A stretch of 64,000 nt of DNA, taken from positions 2,977-66,976 of the forward strand of contig CAYQKW010000003.1 in the NCBI GenBank assembly GCA_964418245.1, in the 5' to 3' direction. A program made the translations under genes and the position numbers. Origin of the DNA: an uncultured Oscillospiraceae bacterium (GTDB lineage Bacteria > Bacillota > Clostridia > RUG12999). Positions 61,947 to 64,000 of the stretch are shown here, piece after piece. How positions within the stretch are numbered: the stretch's first letter is position 1; each line of letters opens with the position of its first letter. Under the pieces are notes generated by a model. The model saw nothing but the letters and a program-made list of their open reading frames with translations. It was not told the DNA's origin and made no database searches.

Positions 61947-63605
61947 ATGCTGATGTTCATTGACATACAAGATGTCGCCGTGATAAAGCGGGCAAAAATT
62001 GAATTTTCTGACGGTTTGAGTGTTCTTACCGGCGAAACAGGGGCCGGCAAATCCATCATTCTCGATTCCATAGGAATGATAAGCGGAAACCGCATAGGTC
62101 GTGATATTGTCCGCAGCGGCTGCGGAAAAGCAAAAGTTTCGGCATTGTTCTTTTTGGACGATGATGAATATGAACGACTGGATAAATTCGGAATCGAAAA
62201 AACCGATGACAATACTTTGCTTATACAAAGGGAAATTTCGGCCGACGGAAAAGGAACGGTGCGTATAAACGGGGCTTTGTCATCTGTTGCAGTTTTAAAA
62301 GAAATCGGTTCGGGATTGATAAACATTCACGGTCAGCAGGATACATCGGCACTTTATTCGGCAGAGCGGCATATTCATATTCTTGACGAATACAGCGGCA
62401 TGAAAAAGAATACTCTCCTTGAATTTTCCGAGGATTTTAAAGAATATAACCGACTTAACAAAGAAATTGAAGAATTTGAAGAACTCAAGACCAAACGTGC
62501 CGCAGAAACCGATTTACTCGAATTCCGCATAAATGAGATAAACGCACTTGCGCTTAAAGAAAATGAAGAAAAAGAGCTTGAAGAAAAGGCAGAATTACTT
62601 GAAAACAGCGAAGAAATAATGAGTTTTATTTCAAAAGCGGCAGATTTGCTTTCAGAGGGCAGACAAAACGCAACAGACATGATAAACGATGCTTCCGGGG
62701 CTATGCTGAAAATTTCGGAATACAGCGGTGAACTTTCTGCCATGTATGAGCAACTGTGCGATATTTCGTACAGCTTGGGCGACATTTCAAAAAATATAAA
62801 ATATTATGCCGAAAATATAGATTTTTCTCCCAATGAGCTTGCCGATATACGCGACAGACTTGACGAAATAAACCGTATGTGCATTAAATACCGCTGTTCG
62901 TCAAGCGCACTCAAAAACATATTGAAAGATTCGGAAGAACGATTGGACAAACTGAAAAATGCCGAGCTGTCGGAAAGCAATATTAAAGAAAAACTTGCGG
63001 TGCTTTTTGAAAAATTGAATAAAAATGCCGATAAGATTCATAAAATACGAATTGATACCGCAAAGCGATTTGAAACGGCAATGGAAAAAAATCTTGCGGA
63101 ACTCAATATGCAGGGTACGAAATTCAAAGTTTTGATTTCCGATACAGAATTTAACGCATATGGTCATGACAATGTACAGTTTATGATTTCGGCAAATGCC
63201 GGTGAAGATTTGAAACCGCTTTCAAAGGTTGCATCCGGGGGTGAACTTTCGCGAATTATGCTTTCACTCAAGGTACTTGATACAGAAAAAGGAAAGACTT
63301 ATATATTTGATGAGATAGATACCGGGGTAAGCGGCGTTACCGCCGAAAAAATTGCATTAAAACTCAAAGAAGTATCAAAGCACAATCAAACGATAATAAT
63401 AACTCACAGTCCGCAGATTGCCGCCGCCGCAGACCATCATTATCTCATAGAAAAGAATACCGAAAGCGGAGAAACAGTTGCAAGCGTAACAAAATTAAAC
63501 ACTTCCGAACGTATAACAGAGCTTGCGAGAATCGCCGCCGGCAGTAATATAACCGTTACCGCGCTTGAGGCGGCAAAAGAGCTTTTAAACAAACATCGTC
63601 AGTGA
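61947..63605 (+). CDS. recN: DNA repair protein RecN
   Basis: Walker A GETGAGKS, long coiled-coil middle, and C-terminal signature/Walker B (ASGGELSRIMLSLK, YIFDEIDTGVSG). Start set to ATG 61947 (AAAGGAGGGG 5 nt upstream). Confidence 0.9.
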   Translation: MLMFIDIQDVAVIKRAKIEFSDGLSVLTGETGAGKSIILDSIGMISGNRIGRDIVRSGCGKAKVSALFFLDDDEYERLDKFGIEKTDDNTLLIQREISADGKGTVRINGALSSVAVLKEIGSGLINIHGQQDTSALYSAERHIHILDEYSGMKKNTLLEFSEDFKEYNRLNKEIEEFEELKTKRAAETDLLEFRINEINALALKENEEKELEEKAELLENSEEIMSFISKAADLLSEGRQNATDMINDASGAMLKISEYSGELSAMYEQLCDISYSLGDISKNIKYYAENIDFSPNELADIRDRLDEINRMCIKYRCSSSALKNILKDSEERLDKLKNAELSESNIKEKLAVLFEKLNKNADKIHKIRIDTAKRFETAMEKNLAELNMQGTKFKVLISDTEFNAYGHDNVQFMISANAGEDLKPLSKVASGGELSRIMLSLKVLDTEKGKTYIFDEIDTGVSGVTAEKIALKLKEVSKHNQTIIITHSPQIAAAADHHYLIEKNTESGETVASVTKLNTSERITELARIAAGSNITVTALEAAKELLNKHRQ

Positions 63606-63670
63606 TTTGTTTGTGGCGGAGAACAACCTGTGTGTCGTTCCGCAATATTTGATAAAATATCCACAGAACC

Positions 63671-63697
63671 GCGGGTGCGGACGACCCTGTCGCCCGC
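63671..63697. repeat. GC-rich hairpin repeat, copy 3 (degenerate)
   Basis: GCGGGTGCGGACGACCCTGTCGCCCGC shares GCGGACGACCCTGTC with copies 1 and 2, and similar flanks with copy 1 (AACCGnnGG upstream, ATTGCA downstream). Confidence 0.6.
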
Positions 63698-63851
63698 ACA
63701 TAATTGCACAACCAACTGTAATACATTGTATAAATACACGAAAAACATATAAGAATATTTAATACAATTCCGAATAAAATCCGTCTTGTGTGTCCATGTG
63801 CAGGACGTATTAAACAACAACATTTGTGGACAGAAAGGCAATGAAATTTAT

Positions 63852-64000
63852 ATGTCGGAAATATATATTTTCGGGCATAAAAGCCCGGATACGGATTCCA
63901 TATGCGCCGCAATAGCATATGAAGAACTGAAAAACAAAATCGACGGAAACACATATGTTGCTTGCAGACTGGGCAGCATAAACCGCGAAACCGAATATGT
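63852..64000 (+). CDS. DHH-family manganese-dependent inorganic pyrophosphatase-like protein, 3' end cut by window edge (not in ORF track)
   Basis: MSEIYIFGHKSPDTDSICAAIAYEELKNKIDGNTYVACRLGSINRETEY: the GHKxPDTDSICxAIAY motif is the DHH motif I/II region of PpaC-type enzymes. AGAAAGG RBS upstream. Confidence 0.7.
   Translation, partial: MSEIYIFGHKSPDTDSICAAIAYEELKNKIDGNTYVACRLGSINRETEY

Noticed and set aside
63556-63954. Minus-strand ORFs of 132 aa and 80 aa in the recN-downstream region.
   Set aside because: They run through the hairpin repeats and antisense to the start of the DHH pyrophosphatase-like gene (63852 onward), whose N-terminal motif is unambiguous. Their sequences are Cys/Arg-rich with no motifs.

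Overview
AT-rich chromosomal window from a spore-forming, Clostridia-like Firmicute (gpr, a SpoVB-like flippase, many SLH-anchored surface proteins). All calls rest on motif recognition, signal peptides, RBS/start inspection and internal comparison; no database search was possible. Left flank (1-7.8 kb): sugar isomerase/epimerase (5' partial), Gfo/Idh/MocA oxidoreductase, an esterase, ptsH-ptsI, recG, gpr. Middle island (32.3-36.0 kb): SpoVB-like flippase, engB, a radical SAM gene, rnc. Right flank (56.6-64 kb): trkA-trkH, a small secreted protein, nadK-argR-recN and a 5' partial DHH-type pyrophosphatase. The core is two collinear, paralogous minus-strand loci (7956-32139 and 36245-56359). Both follow one blueprint: a membrane-spanning AraC-type one-component regulator, a terminator, a strong sigma-A promoter, two LplB/LplC-type permeases, a ~535-aa lipoprotein solute-binding protein, a secreted protein with a Gly/Ser linker and three C-terminal SLH repeats, a secreted protein with three N-terminal SLH repeats ending in VIYR, then polysaccharide lyases plus large non-catalytic secreted proteins. 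The lyases are PL8-like x2 in locus A and heparinase II/III-like in locus B. The non-catalytic proteins are built from domains I cannot name: a ~190-aa jelly-roll-like repeat in about 10 copies, a shared ~90-100-aa C-terminal module, and a ~210-230-aa domain in three tandem copies. I read these as SLH-anchored Gram-positive polysaccharide-utilisation loci for uronic-acid-containing glycans, with several uncharacterised components. That is the main candidate for something new here. Smaller observations: a GC-rich hairpin repeat family in intergenic DNA, an HPr lacking Ser46, candidate operators and promoters, and an in-frame 12-bp tandem repeat. No rRNA, tRNA, CRISPR, transposase, integrase, phage or recognisable defence genes were seen.
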